Positions 1 through 13,125 of a stretch of DNA of 64,000 nucleotides are shown here, one piece after another. Each line of letters starts with the position of its first letter. The first letter of the stretch is position 1. The position numbers were made by a program, and so were the translations under genes. Source of the DNA: the human T2T-CHM13v2.0 reference genome, Homo sapiens; NCBI RefSeq assembly GCF_009914755.1, contig NC_060929.1, one strand, 5' to 3'. The notes under the pieces are model-generated. The model did not search any database. It was not told the origin of the DNA and worked only from the letters and a program-made list of their open reading frames with translations.

Positions 1-600
1 ATTAAATGCACTTGAATTCCTCAGGATGTAGTATAATTTCTCTAGGTTTGGTGCTTTTTGGGGGTAATTTTCTTTGAAAAATTTCCCTACTTTTTCTTAT
101 TTTCTGTGTGTTTGCCCTTTCACATTGTCTGCTTCATCTGGAGTTAGCTTTAAATTACATTTTCCCAGGAAATTATTTGATTAATCCAGACTTTCAATTT
201 ATGTGTATGAAATTGTACAAAGCCTTTCTCATAATTATTTACATTTCTCATGTTTCATTTTTACTTGCTATCTCATGTTTTTGTACTTTTTTTTTCTGAA
301 GGTAGCTAATGATTATATATTTTATTGGGTTTCTGAAAGAACCAGTATTTGGGTATGTTTTTCAGTTTTATTGTTTTTCTATTTTCTAATTTCTTAGTTT
401 CTGCTTTCATGTTTTAAAGTCTTTCTTTTTGCTTTTTTCAGTATTTTAGTCATGGTAATTCATTCTTTTTCTTAGTTTTGTCTCCTATTAAGTATTGAAG
501 ACTCTGAATTTTTCTTTTCATGTTAATTTTCTTGCTTTCCATAAATTTGATTGTTTTCTAGAAGTTCTGTAATTTTAGCTAGTTTTTCCTCTGTGACCAA
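1..600 (-). mobile_element. Ancient L1 (L1M-type) fragment
   Basis: Very T-rich with degenerate antisense-L1 phrasing (e.g. ttttctattttctaatttcttagtttctgctttc). Heavily diverged. Confidence 0.45.
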
Positions 601-654
601 TGATTGCTGAGTTAGGATTTTTATAGCTCTAGGTTGAAGACAATTTTTGCAAGA

Positions 655-1460
655 AGGTCAAACAGGCACCTCATACAACAGGAAATACAAATGGCTGATA
701 TGTATATGAAAAGAGTCATAAAGGTATTGTAAATTAACACCATGGAATATCATCATATGCCTACTGGAATGACTAACATCAAAATAAAATGGCTGAAACA
801 GCCAAGGTGAAGGAGCAATGGGAACTCTCATCTATGACTGGCGGAGGTATAAACTAGTGCGAACACTTCAGAAAGGAATTTGGTAATATCTACCAAAGTG
901 GAACATACACATGTCCTATGACCTGGCAACTCTATTCCTAGTATCTTACCCACCAGAAATGTGTAAAAATGTTAACCAATCATATATATGAATATTATAG
1001 ATCATACTAATATTACACATAGTAGCACAGAATAAGAGACACAATCAAAATGTCCACCACAGTGGAATGAATAAACTGATTGAGTCACATAATTGAGTAG
1101 TATATGGCACTGAAAATGAATGAACTACAGCTACATATTACAACATGAGTAAATCTCACAAACAGTATTCTCCAAAAGAAGCTTTATGATTCTGACTATG
1201 TTGGTTCAATAACAGTCAATATTAAGCTTTTGTGTTTAGGGATTATTCTAAAATGGTAAAAGCAAGGAAGAGATGACCACATAATGAAAAATATTCGTTA
1301 TATTTAAGAAGACGCAAAAGGTTTGTAATTAGGGATGGATTGCAGAAGGCTTCTAAGATGCTGACAATGTTCTACTTATTGATCAGGGCGATGGGTATAC
1401 CGGTGCTTTTTTTAAAAAAATAATTTGTTAAATTGTTTTATGCATTCGTAGGTGTGAAAA
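655..1460 (+). mobile_element. Old L1 (L1ME-like) ORF2 3' end and 3' UTR
   Basis: L1 3' motifs such as ggagcaatgggaactctcatctatgactggcggaggtataaactagtgc and cctatgacctggcaactctattcctagt, followed by an L1ME-like UTR (gctgacaatgttctacttattgatcagggcg). Confidence 0.75.
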
Positions 1461-1867
1461 GAGCAGTTAACTCACAGGAATTTATAGCTACAATAGAAAC
1501 ATATGGCCTAACCTCTGCTCTACTTTTCTTTGTGCTATATTTTCTTTGTGTTTGTTTCCTTTTATTTTGTATGACAATATGTATGGAAAATAATATTTAA
1601 TTCTGTTCTATTGCCTTTAATTTTGCCAAATATATATTAAACCCAACCTATATTTTTATAATTTTCAATAGACCGTAACTTTTCATTGTTCCTCCTCTAT
1701 AAAGTGATAGGGAGTTTGGCAAAAATTTACCTTGTTCTGTCTTCTCAGCGCTTCATCACTTTCCAGTATTACTCATTTAATCTGGAGCTGTGAGCCAGTT
1801 TATCCTCTGCATTTTTTACAACCACCAAATACTTATTTCAGAATTGGTCATGGTTACTTGCATTTAG

Positions 1868-2307
1868 TGTCGTAACCAGACTGCAGCTGACCCAGTACGC
1901 TACCATCCCTTGGAACTCCACGACTGCAGTGAGCTCCTGCCGACTTCCGGGTTTCTGACTGCTGGACGCTGCATCTACCAAGCGATGGGGGGAAACAGAT
2001 GAAGCACCCACTCCTGAATCCCCAGCCAATGCCTGGTGAGCCAATGACTTGATGTATAAACTTTCCAGCTCTCCTGCCCTTGGGGTGCAGTAACCCTCCG
2101 AGTGCATTTTGCAGGGTGTGTCAAAATTTCCCCACGGCATTAAACTCCAGTTACCCTCCTGGTAGCTGGCTTGACAATCTACCCTTTGTTGGTTGCTTTC
2201 CTTTTCTTTCACGTTCTTCTACCTGTTCCCGACAACCTAAATCAATATACTTGCTCTGGAATCCTTGTCTCTGGGCCTACTTCTGGAAAAACTCAAAACT
2301 AAATACA
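1868..2307 (+). mobile_element. ERVL-class solo LTR (LTR33/LTR16-like)
   Basis: TG...CA ends, with a 3' end of atacttgctctggaatccttgtctctgggcctacttctggaaaaactcaaaactaaataca, typical of this ERVL LTR group. Confidence 0.65.
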
Positions 2308-2309
2308 GA

Positions 2310-2900
2310 TTTAGGAAAAAAATTGTACTTAACTCTACATTTTAAATTTCTTTCAATATTCACTGGTAGACGTTATATAAAACAATTTTTGCATTCTTGA
2401 TGGCTTGATTTGGATTAATTTCTTAGCCAGATAGAGTACATTTCAAATAGGTTCTCCTGCTCCCCCAGAAAGAACAGATGAGCAGCAAACTTTTTTTGTT
2501 ACTTGAGGATGTTACTTGAATGCATTTATCTCGCTTTGGCAGACAACGATTTCGAGCCCCCTGCATTTTCCCAGGAATGTTGAGAAACTATATTCTGCAA
2601 TAATCTTCCATCTTTAGGGTTGACAGTCATCTATCATCAGGATGATTTTTGTTCTTTTGTAGGCAACCTATTTATTTTATTTTTGTACTTGAATAAGTAT
2701 AGGATTTTTTCCCTCTTTACCCTTAAAAGTTTCCTGGTGTGCATGTAAACATGATTCTATTTCCATTCTTCTTCTTCTTTTTTTTTAATGGAATTATGTG
2801 TGGCCTTTCCTTTTTAATCTTGAAAGAGTTTCTTACATGGACAATAAAGTTCATGGTAATTTCCAATCTGCCTCTCTCTTTTCCCCCCTTGATTCTGCAT
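2310..2900 (-). mobile_element. Ancient L1/HAL1 fragment
   Basis: T-rich antisense L1 ORF1-like phrasing (gatgatttttgttcttttgtaggcaacctatt). Very diverged. Confidence 0.4.
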
Positions 2901-2904
2901 TTCT

Positions 2905-3462
2905 TCAGCTGGTTTCATGCTGGGTGACCATGCAGTTGCACGGCGCCTTTCGTTCACAAGGATCCAGAGTGGGCTCCACTGTCAGTCTGAAAATTCTTAA
3001 TTTAAACTTTAAAATTTCATTTTGGAAGTGAAGCCCAATGGGACCATGGAGCATGTGTCAGGGTCTTCAAGCCCAGCTCATGGCTAGTCCGCTTCTCACG
3101 GCCTCCCCACGCTCGGGACTGGGGTCTCGGCCACCTACTCCCATGGCCACACTCAGCTACCGCAGCTGACCCTGTGCCACCCTCCGGCTCCTGGCACCTG
3201 CACCTGGGAGGGAGGGTTGGACGCATAGGCTTTGCGTGCGGTGTCGCCTAAGGAGGTCCCAGAGCCTGTGAAGCTCTGCAATCTCCCTGGGGGTATCCCC
3301 GCACTTCAGGGAGCGCAACGTTAACAGCAAAGAAAAAACACATGGAGGTGGAGAGAGAGGGACAGCAGAAGAAAGAAAAACACATTTTGCCCTGCTTGTT
3401 GAACAGTGAGACCCCATTTTCATTTTGCACTGGATCCCACAAATGATGCTGCTGGCTCTGGC
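2905..3462 (+). mobile_element. MER45-family (hAT-Tip100) DNA transposon relic, long B/C type
   Basis: Left end resembles cagggccggcttcatgggc...gacc.tgcagt. Right end is ttgaacagtgagaccccattttcattttgcactggatcccacaaatgatgctgctggctctg, matching the MER45 terminus as I recall it. Confidence 0.75.
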
Positions 3463-3554
3463 TGGCCATCTCATAATCACAGAAGGTGTCTCTTCCATCA
3501 TGTTTTTTTTTTTTAGAACTCCAATCCTTTTCTTCCTTTTTAATATCAACAGTA

Positions 3555-3800
3555 AAACTTTTATTTTTCAATTTTTTAATAATTTCAACTTCTGTTTTAG
3601 ATTCAAGCGGTACATGCGCAGGTTTGTTACAGGGGATATTGCATGACACTGAGGTTTGAGGTAGGGATGATCCTGTTACTTAGGTAGTGAGCAGAGTGCC
3701 CAATAGGTAATTTTTCAGCCCTTGTCCCTCTCTCTCTCCCCCACCCCAGTAGTCTCCAGTGTCTATTGTTGCCACCTGTATGTCTATGCATACCCAACTA
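3555..3800 (-). mobile_element. L1PA (older, about L1PA15-16) 3' UTR fragment
   Basis: tttcaacttctgttttagattcaagcggtacatgcgcaggtttgttac...gtgagcagagtgcccaataggtaatttttcagccc is the antisense L1PA 3' end. Confidence 0.85.
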
Positions 3801-5559
3801 GAACCCCAATCCCAAATTGATTCGTACAGAAAATATTCCCTGGATGATACCTACTGACTGCACACTGCTCTCCCCTGCCTCCCTCTGTACCCCATTATCG
3901 TACATGCTTGACTAGTTTGCTTCTTCCTCATACTGGTCCCTGTTGTCTGTGAGATTGTGTGAACTGAATTGACTGCTTTTCTTCCTTTTCTGTTCTTCTC
4001 TCCATCATCTCTGGCTTGTCTAAATGCAGAAGGCACTTTAATTAATTGATTCTCATTAATGAAAGAATCAAGGCAGAAGGGAATAAATAACAGAATGAAT
4101 GAAGGAACAAATAGTAGAAGCAGGCAGGGTTCTCTTTGTCACTGGGATTGTCGTTGGCGTGTTACTTATTTTTCTCTGTGTTAATGGTAGCTTTTCCCAA
4201 TTGGACCAAAGGATATTTATTTAGTATGCCTTCAAAAAGTGTATTGGATATAAAACTACCTTTCTAAACAGTGGACTCCATCTACAAAAAAATAGATCCA
4301 TCTACTGAGATTTTGATTAAAGCTGTTTTCTTTCCCCAGCACCCTATTCTGGTAGGACAGAATTCTCAGACTTTCTGTTAATCACTTTAAGCCAATATCT
4401 TCCTAGTCACTTTTGTCACTTTGAACTGGTGGTCATCCATAGTCCCTAACAATGTAAAGTGTTTTGTATTTCCAAATCAATAGTATTTTCTTTGCCTTGA
4501 CAAAATATTCCATTTCTATAGTGCCCCTAGAGTTTTTTAAAGTTCCACTTTAAAGATACACATCCATATGTTATAGATACATTGCCTTACTGTATGTTGA
4601 TATTTGGGAAATGGGCAGTTAATAATTCCAATATGAACAGGGGCATACAAATTCAGAGACTGGTAGGGTAATGCTTTTAGATCTGTTTTCAATCTTCTTC
4701 CTAAATTTCTCTGTGGCTAAATAATGTAAATCTTATTTTCCTATTATAAATTTAAAAGCAACTTGGTTCATTTGGCAGAGTAGATGTACTCATGACCCAA
4801 CTTTCAATTGATATCATTTTTATCTGCAGCTTCAAATAGGTCAGATGTTTGAAATTAAGCTACTCTCACTCCTCACATAATTACTGAGACAATATAACAG
4901 GTTATTATCAGAGATGCTCTCATACTAAGTGGAGTTTAATGTATTTGTATTTTATCTGTGGAAGAGGACAGAGATGACCAGGGAAGTGATCTGAGTACCT
5001 ACATTTATTCTAATTGAATTTTATAGGATTATTATTTGTTATTTCCATCTTTTTTCCATGGGGATTTTCCAGTGCCACAGAACAGCCAAATATGTAGTCT
5101 AATGACTATCGCAGGAGAAGATCTGTTTGTGGTTAGAAGAATCTTGGTAAGTGACTTAAAATGCACTTAGGTTTATTAAGCATTCCTTTAGTGTTTCAAA
5201 ATCTTTAAAAAGATTGTGTGGCTAGAACCTATTTAAAAATCAACCATCCAGTAATATCATCAGCAATTTCTACTTCAGTTCACATAACAAAAGAAGTAGC
5301 CCCCAAATGGGGAAATAAACCCTTCCACCAAGGAACTTGTAATAGCCTACAATTCATATTCCTAGGTTGCAAAATATTCGTTGCAAAATTATTCTTCTAG
5401 GAAGAATGTTGAGAAAGTGTTAAATAAAACCATGGCTAAATATTCTTATATTTATCTCCATTTCTAAATATTATTGTGTTTTGTTCAACTATGTTTTAAA
5501 AGTCACTTTTAAAAAGCGATTTTTAAAAAGTCACTATGTTTTAAAAGTCTCTTTTAAAC

Positions 5560-5870
5560 TGTGTAGTTAGAGGTCTATGCCTTATTTATTCTTGTATCCC
5601 TAGTGACTAGCAGAGCTTGGCATGTAACATATTTGTATAACATAACATGGTTTACAAAATACACTCAGATAAGCTAGGTTTATCCTCTCATAGCCATATT
5701 AATAAATTAGAGCAATGTTAGGCTACCATCGTTTTACACATTAGGAAACTGAACATCAAAGAGGCTGTTTATTTCTACAAGACCCATAGATAAGTAAAGG
5801 GGAGAATTGAGACTTGATCAATCCAGGTCTTCCAATCTGTAGCCTGGAGCTTTTCAACTGCCTCCCAGTA
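5560..5870. mobile_element. L2 3' fragment followed by a MIR
   Basis: L2-like ccttatttattcttgtatccctagtgactagcagagcttggc, then MIR core ttttacacattaggaaactgaacatcaaagagg. Confidence 0.55.
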
Positions 5871-6040
5871 AAACAATTTTGTGACTATATGCTCCATGGA
5901 ATAGGGGAGGCTCAAGTCCTTGGATGGGATAATTACTCACTCTCTTTGGATTGGTGAATAATAGATCATGAGAAGTCATCCCATATGGTATGATGATGAC
6001 TTAAGAGCCATTTTTTAATTTCTTCTTTTCCTTTACCCTC

Positions 6041-6452
6041 TGTCTTAGTCCATTTTGTGCTGCTATAACAGAATAACACAGACTGAATAATTTATAGTCG
6101 ACAGACATTTATATCTCACAGTTCTAGAGGCTGGGAAGTCCAAGATCAAGGGACTAACATCCGGTAAGGACTGTCTTGCTGCATAATCCCATGGCAGAAG
6201 GAGAGAAGGAAAGGCAGAGGAATGAGAAAGAGAGAGCAAGAGGGGGCCAGACTCATTCGAAGCAACCCAGTCCTGTAATAACAAACCCACTACTACCATA
6301 ACGGCATAAATCCATTCATGAGGTTGGTTCCCTGATGACCATTATGCCATTATGCCATTATGCCCTAATGACTACCTCCCAACACTGCTGCTGCATGGGA
6401 GATCAAATTTCTAAAACACATGAACTTTGGGGGACATATTCAAACCATAGAA
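6041..6452 (-). mobile_element. MST (MSTB/MSTC-like) solo LTR, ERVL-MaLR
   Basis: tgtcttagtccattttgtgctgctataacagaa...gggggacatattcaaaccatag. Perfect 5-bp TSD CCCTC at 6036-6040 and 6453-6457. Confidence 0.9.
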
Positions 6453-7477
6453 CCCTCCAAAAATTAATTATATTTTCTGAATATCTTTGACAGTGATATT
6501 CTTCTCATCCTGATCATAGGCCCATCCTAATTCAGGTTCTTTTCCTGTTTCACTAGGATGACGTCATAGTCCACCTACTGATCATTCTGCCTTTAGTGTC
6601 TTACCCATTCTTATCTTCATTCAGTGCATTTTGATAAATACTAAGTATCTACTACTTGCCAAACACAACATTAGGTAACAGGGAATCACAGGTAGATGAG
6701 AAAAACATCTCTAGCCCTTTATAAGAATCTGACTGCCTAGCAAAGAAGACAAACAACATAAACAGATTATTGTAACTCAGCGTTGTAAGTGCAATAAACT
6801 GTCTTCCACCCCAAACAAGCCTGCCATGAGCGGGGATCTTGGGATTGAGCTCTTCTTACTCCACTGCTCAGAAAGCTTCCATTCAGCTGTCCCCAGCCTC
6901 GACCCTCTTCTGTGCTGGACTTCCACTCACCCGCCCTTTTCAAGTTTAGATAGCATTTCAGCTGCATTCCAAAAGTAACAAAACAATGCCTAATATTAAG
7001 TAAGTAGTCAATCTGTGTGCTGTGTTTGTTGGTTATGTTGAAATCACAAACTCCAGAGGAGCAAAAGGGTTTTTCAATGTCCTTTACTTTCAGAAACAGA
7101 GAATATAATATTCTCCCTGAGGCCTTGAATTGATTTTTTCTCATAAAATCATCTAATAAGCTAATTTTTAAAAAGAAATGCCGTTAAGTATGTTGCATTG
7201 TGGTTTAAAATTCCTAACAAGTTCTGGAAAGAAAAATAATATTTGATTTTTAATCTTAAATGTTTTTAAAAATTAAACTCAAATGGGCATGAAGTATAAA
7301 TATTTTGTTTCTTTATGGAGGACATGTGGAAAGGATTTGAAGTTTTGGGATGGAAGAAGTATTTTGCAGAGCTATCCATGTCCAAATGATTTTTTAAAAA
7401 TAATAAAGGTATTTAAGCGGTGAAAAACAATACAAAAATACATATAATGTACTACAGGAATGCAAAGGGCATCTTAA

Positions 7478-7777
<300 letters not shown>

Positions 7778-7803
7778 CAGATTTGATATGTAAAAATCCT
7801 TCA

Positions 7804-8113
<310 letters not shown>

Positions 8114-8128
8114 TCACGTGCCTACAAC

Positions 8129-8545
8129 AGGGGTTACAAACACAAATGTCTAGGGGTGTCCAGCAGGTACAAATATGTGGTGAAACGGACAGATATAACA
8201 CATTAGGGAAAGAAGAGAGTTTGTAGACTATGGTGGACTGAAGGATACATGCCCAGACTAAAGGGTCAGCAACTACTCAGTTCTAGCCAATTGCAGTGAG
8301 ATCCAATGTGGCAAGATGGTCAAATCATTTGTTTACGTTTTAGGTTTTTTGTTTGTTTGTTTTTTGTTTACCACAGAGAAGCTGGATGTCTAGAATTTTA
8401 TGTCAGGTCTGTCTCCCAGTCTTTTTAATGTTTTAATTTTTGTAATTCAAATTACAAGTAATGATAATAATCTAAATACATACCAAAAAAAAAGCACTAT
8501 GAAGCCAACTAAACACATCTGATGGCTTCTGGTTTGTTACCTTTG
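8129..8545. mobile_element. Probable hAT-Charlie DNA transposon relic (MER102-like)
   Basis: Starts caggggttacaaacacaaatgtctagggg and ends ...ggtttgttacctttg, a degenerate inverted terminus. Confidence 0.45.
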
Positions 8546-8635
8546 GCCTATAAAAATAGAGTCAAAACTATTTAGCAAGACATCCAAGGCTGCATAATCT
8601 GGAGCCAATATACTTTTCCTTTTAAACTTCTAGGT

Positions 8636-8949
<314 letters not shown>

Positions 8950-9657
8950 TCATCCCACACCAAACACACTGTAGTTTTTGGAATACACCTTTCATCCTCA
9001 TGCCAAATGTCTTCACTTTCTGTCTGCAATGCTCTTCTTTCCCTCATCAACTTGGTGAAATTTCATTCCTCTTTCAGTCCCCAGCTTTCATGTCAACCAC
9101 TATTTAAAATTTTCCCTTGTATGCTCACATTAAAGCTAACTTCTCTCTTCTTTTTTTCTCTTGGAACATTTTGTTACCACTACTCATAGAGAACTTGTAT
9201 CTGGTTCAAATTCCCATGAGTTATGGGCTTTTTTCTTCCCTGGTTTTAAATTCTTTTTTAAAAAATTTCAACCCAACAGATTTTTGTTTTCTTTCATTAA
9301 AGCTTAGTTATATAAACTGTAAAGGCCTGTAACATTTTATCCAGAATCCAAAGTGATTGGCATGAAGTTTGACTGTTTTACTCTCTGTCTGCTATGTGGC
9401 TAGAACCTATTTATTTTCCCCAAGTATTGGTATTCTACAATATCCTGATAGCATCTGTATTTATTTTCTATTGCTGCTGTCACAAATTATCTCAAACTTA
9501 GTGGCTTAAAACAATACAAATTTATGATTTTTCAGGTAAGAAATTCCACATTCATCTCAATGCACCAAAATTTAGGTGTCAGCAGGGCTGAATTTTTTTC
9601 TGGCGGCACCAGTAGAGCCTGTTCCAGCTTCTAGAGGCTGCCTACATGGTCCCCTTT

Positions 9658-10009
9658 TGTATGAGTCTGTTCTTAGGCTGCTAATAAAGACATTCCCAAG
9701 ACTCGGTAATTTATGAAGGAAAGAGGTTTAATGGACTCAGTTTCACATGGCTGGGGGAGCCTCACAATCATGGCAGAAGGCAAAGAAGCAAAGGCACATC
9801 TTACATGGTGGCAGGCAAGAGAGCTTGTGCAGGGGAACTCCCATTTACAAAATCATCAGATCTCACGAGACTTATTCACTACCATGAGAATAGTATGGAG
9901 GAAAACCACCTCCATGATTCAATTATCTCCACCTCGCCCCAACCTTGACATATGGGGATTATTACAATTCAAGGTGAGATGTGGGTGGGGACACAGCTAA
10001 ACCATATCA
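9658..10009 (-). mobile_element. THE1 solo LTR
   Basis: tgtatgagtctgttcttaggctgctaataaagacattcccaagac...gggtggggacacagctaaaccatatca. TSD CCTTT/CCTTC. Confidence 0.93.
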
Positions 10010-10092
10010 CCTTCCTTGGTCTTCAAAGCCAGCAATGGCTAATTGAGTGTCATATTGTGAAAGTGTGACTTCCTTTTTATATCTCCCTCTTC

Positions 10093-10454
<362 letters not shown>

Positions 10455-11522
10455 TAACATGTTCATAGACTCTGAGGATTTGGCCAAGGATATCTTTGAG
10501 AGGCCATTATTCTACCTATCACCTCGTCCATCTGATAGCAGTTTACTCTGCCATCAAGGAAAGTACATGAAGAAGAAGAGTAGGAAGAGGAGGAAGTTCT
10601 CAGCATCCAATCTTTATAAACTCAAATCCATAAAGTAAAGAATAATGGCTTGTTTTTCTAATTGACCTTTGTTGGGCCTTACATATTAGACTGTATAGAG
10701 AACATAGGCTACACTTGTATTTGTGCAACCAAATACACCTTGCCTCAAAAGAGCAATGGATATAAACATATCTAATTGAAAAAAACTTTATCCATTTCAC
10801 ACTTTTAAGGCTGACCAAATAAGTTTATTCTGTGAACCTACAGATATAAAAAATCAGTCAAAACCCAAAAATTTTTAATTGAATAACTGCTTTTAGTATT
10901 AACCTACAAATGAAATATGATGTATAATCTATTCTACTAAGTTTTAAGGAAATATCACTATCCTCAGTGAGGATTAGATTTTTCACATTGTGCATCCGTA
11001 TGCCAATGATATCCCTTGCCAATGTCTTCAGGATACAATATATTTATTATAATAATTCAAACTAATTTCTCCTTCCCATTTTCATATTTTATTTGCTTGG
11101 TACCATGTAACCTAATCAGAGTTCCTCTCCAACAGCAGATTATGTCAGGTTGAGCTTTAAAATCAGAACTATCTGCATATTCAGAAACTCAAAAATACAT
11201 AAGAGGTAAAAGTTATTACTACATCTATTATCATTTGAGAGGACAAAAACAAATAAAATAACTTGAAATATTGCTTGGAAAGAAAACTTATGATCTGAGA
11301 ATGGCTACAACTTTCCCTTATTCAATTTCCTCATGGTGGTAATGAATATAATTGCATTCTTAGACTGGACTGCTTCCATAGTCATAATACTCTACCTTTA
11401 GATAAAATAATATTTTAGAACAAGTAATGTTAGGGACAATTGCTGAAGCATAGGACAATTGGTTAACTGATACTCAGGATACAATGTGAATTAAATAGTG
11501 CTTTTTAACTGTATTACTCTCC

Positions 11523-11560
11523 ATGGCAAAAACTACAATCACTTTTGCACCAACCTAATA
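11523..11560. mobile_element. MADE1 (Hsmar1 mariner MITE), right half
   Basis: atggcaaaaactacaatcacttttgcaccaacctaata matches the Hsmar1/MADE1 terminal inverted repeat. Confidence 0.8.
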
Positions 11561-11569
11561 GTAGATCAT

Positions 11570-13125
11570 CTATTTTTACATGCAGATATTCCAAACTTAC
11601 TGTATTAAAACAACAAATATTTAGCATTTCACAGAATGTGTGTCAGAAATGTGTTAATGGTTTAGCTGGGTTGTTCTGACTCAGAGTATCTCATGAAGTT
11701 ATAATCAAAATGTCATCAATGACTGCAGTCATCTGAAGACCTGACTGGAGCTGAAATACCCATTTCTAAGCTTACCCATACAGCTGATAGAAGGGCTCAG
11801 TTCCTATCTACATGAGCCTCTTCACAGGACTGTCCATGACATGGCACCTGGCTTCCCCCAAAGCAAATGGTTAAGAGAGAGGCAAAATCTATGATACTTC
11901 TTCTAAAAACCTAGCATTGGAAGTAACACATCATCAGGTCTGCCATATTCTATTGGTCACACACACCAACCCTGATAAAATGTCGAAGGGAGCTACACAA
12001 GGGCACAAATACTAGGAGAAATGGATAGTTGTGGCCATCTTCAAGGCTGGCTACCACAATCTGTTCTACAGCCTCCAATTAATCAAGTTTCTCCCACATA
12101 CAAAATACACTCCCTCCCTCCAAAAGCCCCCAAATCTCATCCCATAACAGTATGATTTCAGAGTACAGAGTATCATCATTTAAATATGATTTAGTCATGA
12201 AAGAGGTTTATTGTGTGTAATTCTTTAACTGTAGATTCTTGATTATTGTTTATTTTAATCCAAAGATTTACAAACAAAAGAAGCAAGTTATTTTCCCCCA
12301 AACATGAAATACACAATAAGGGCAGGCACAGGACAACTGATACTGACATTTATAAAGAAGGAAATAAGAAGCACAGGAGTCTCCAGATTATAGCAATTAT
12401 GAAATCAGCTGGGCACAAGCTGGCAGATTCTTGATTAGGATTTATACCTGGGAATAATCCTCTATGGCTTTTAGCCCCATGCTATTAATCTCTTGATTCT
12501 ACCCTCTGAGTCATCCTTCATTTCCTCATAATAAGTAGCATGTGTTCACATGTGAGTAGCTTTTTCACTCTCCTTATTGCGTGTACAAATATGGAAATCC
12601 AAAGCCTATTTTTCATTTTGTAGTGTCTCTATCCCTTATAGTCCAAGCTTGTGGTGTTTCTGTGAATACGATAATCTTAAGTACTTTGTGAGTTTTCTGT
12701 GAAACTCACTGGGATTCACTCCATTAAATAAAAGCCACAGCCACAAACATCTTTGACAAAAGTCCTTCTCTACCTTTGTCTTCTGCTGAGACAACTATAA
12801 GACAAAACTCAAGCGTTTTAAATTTATTGCTTGAGAGTATCTGTGAGACACGCCCTTAGGAAAGGCTTTATAAGTATTAAACAATTACTCCAAGGCACGA
12901 GCTTTGATCTTGCTGAAGTCACATCAAAAGATTGTGTAGTTCGACCCTGTTCTTTACCAGAAACCACCGTGTCTTTTATAACCTAGTCTCAAAATTATCA
13001 CACTATACCTTCTGCTGTATTTTATTGTTCACACAGACCTAATATGATAAAAAGGAGAAATGTGTAAGAGATCATGAATATTAGGAAGTGGGGAAATTGG
13101 GAACCATCTTTGAAGATGGCTATTT
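11570..13125 (-). mobile_element. Internally deleted MLT1 (F/G-like) provirus: LTR, internal fragment and partial second LTR
   Basis: LTR at about 11570-12058 ends ggccatcttcaaggctggctaccaca. MLT1-int-like sequence follows (ctcccacatacaaaatacactccc). A second LTR-end copy lies at about 12985-13125 (tttattgttcacacagacc...ggaaccatctttgaagatggcta). Confidence 0.7.
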
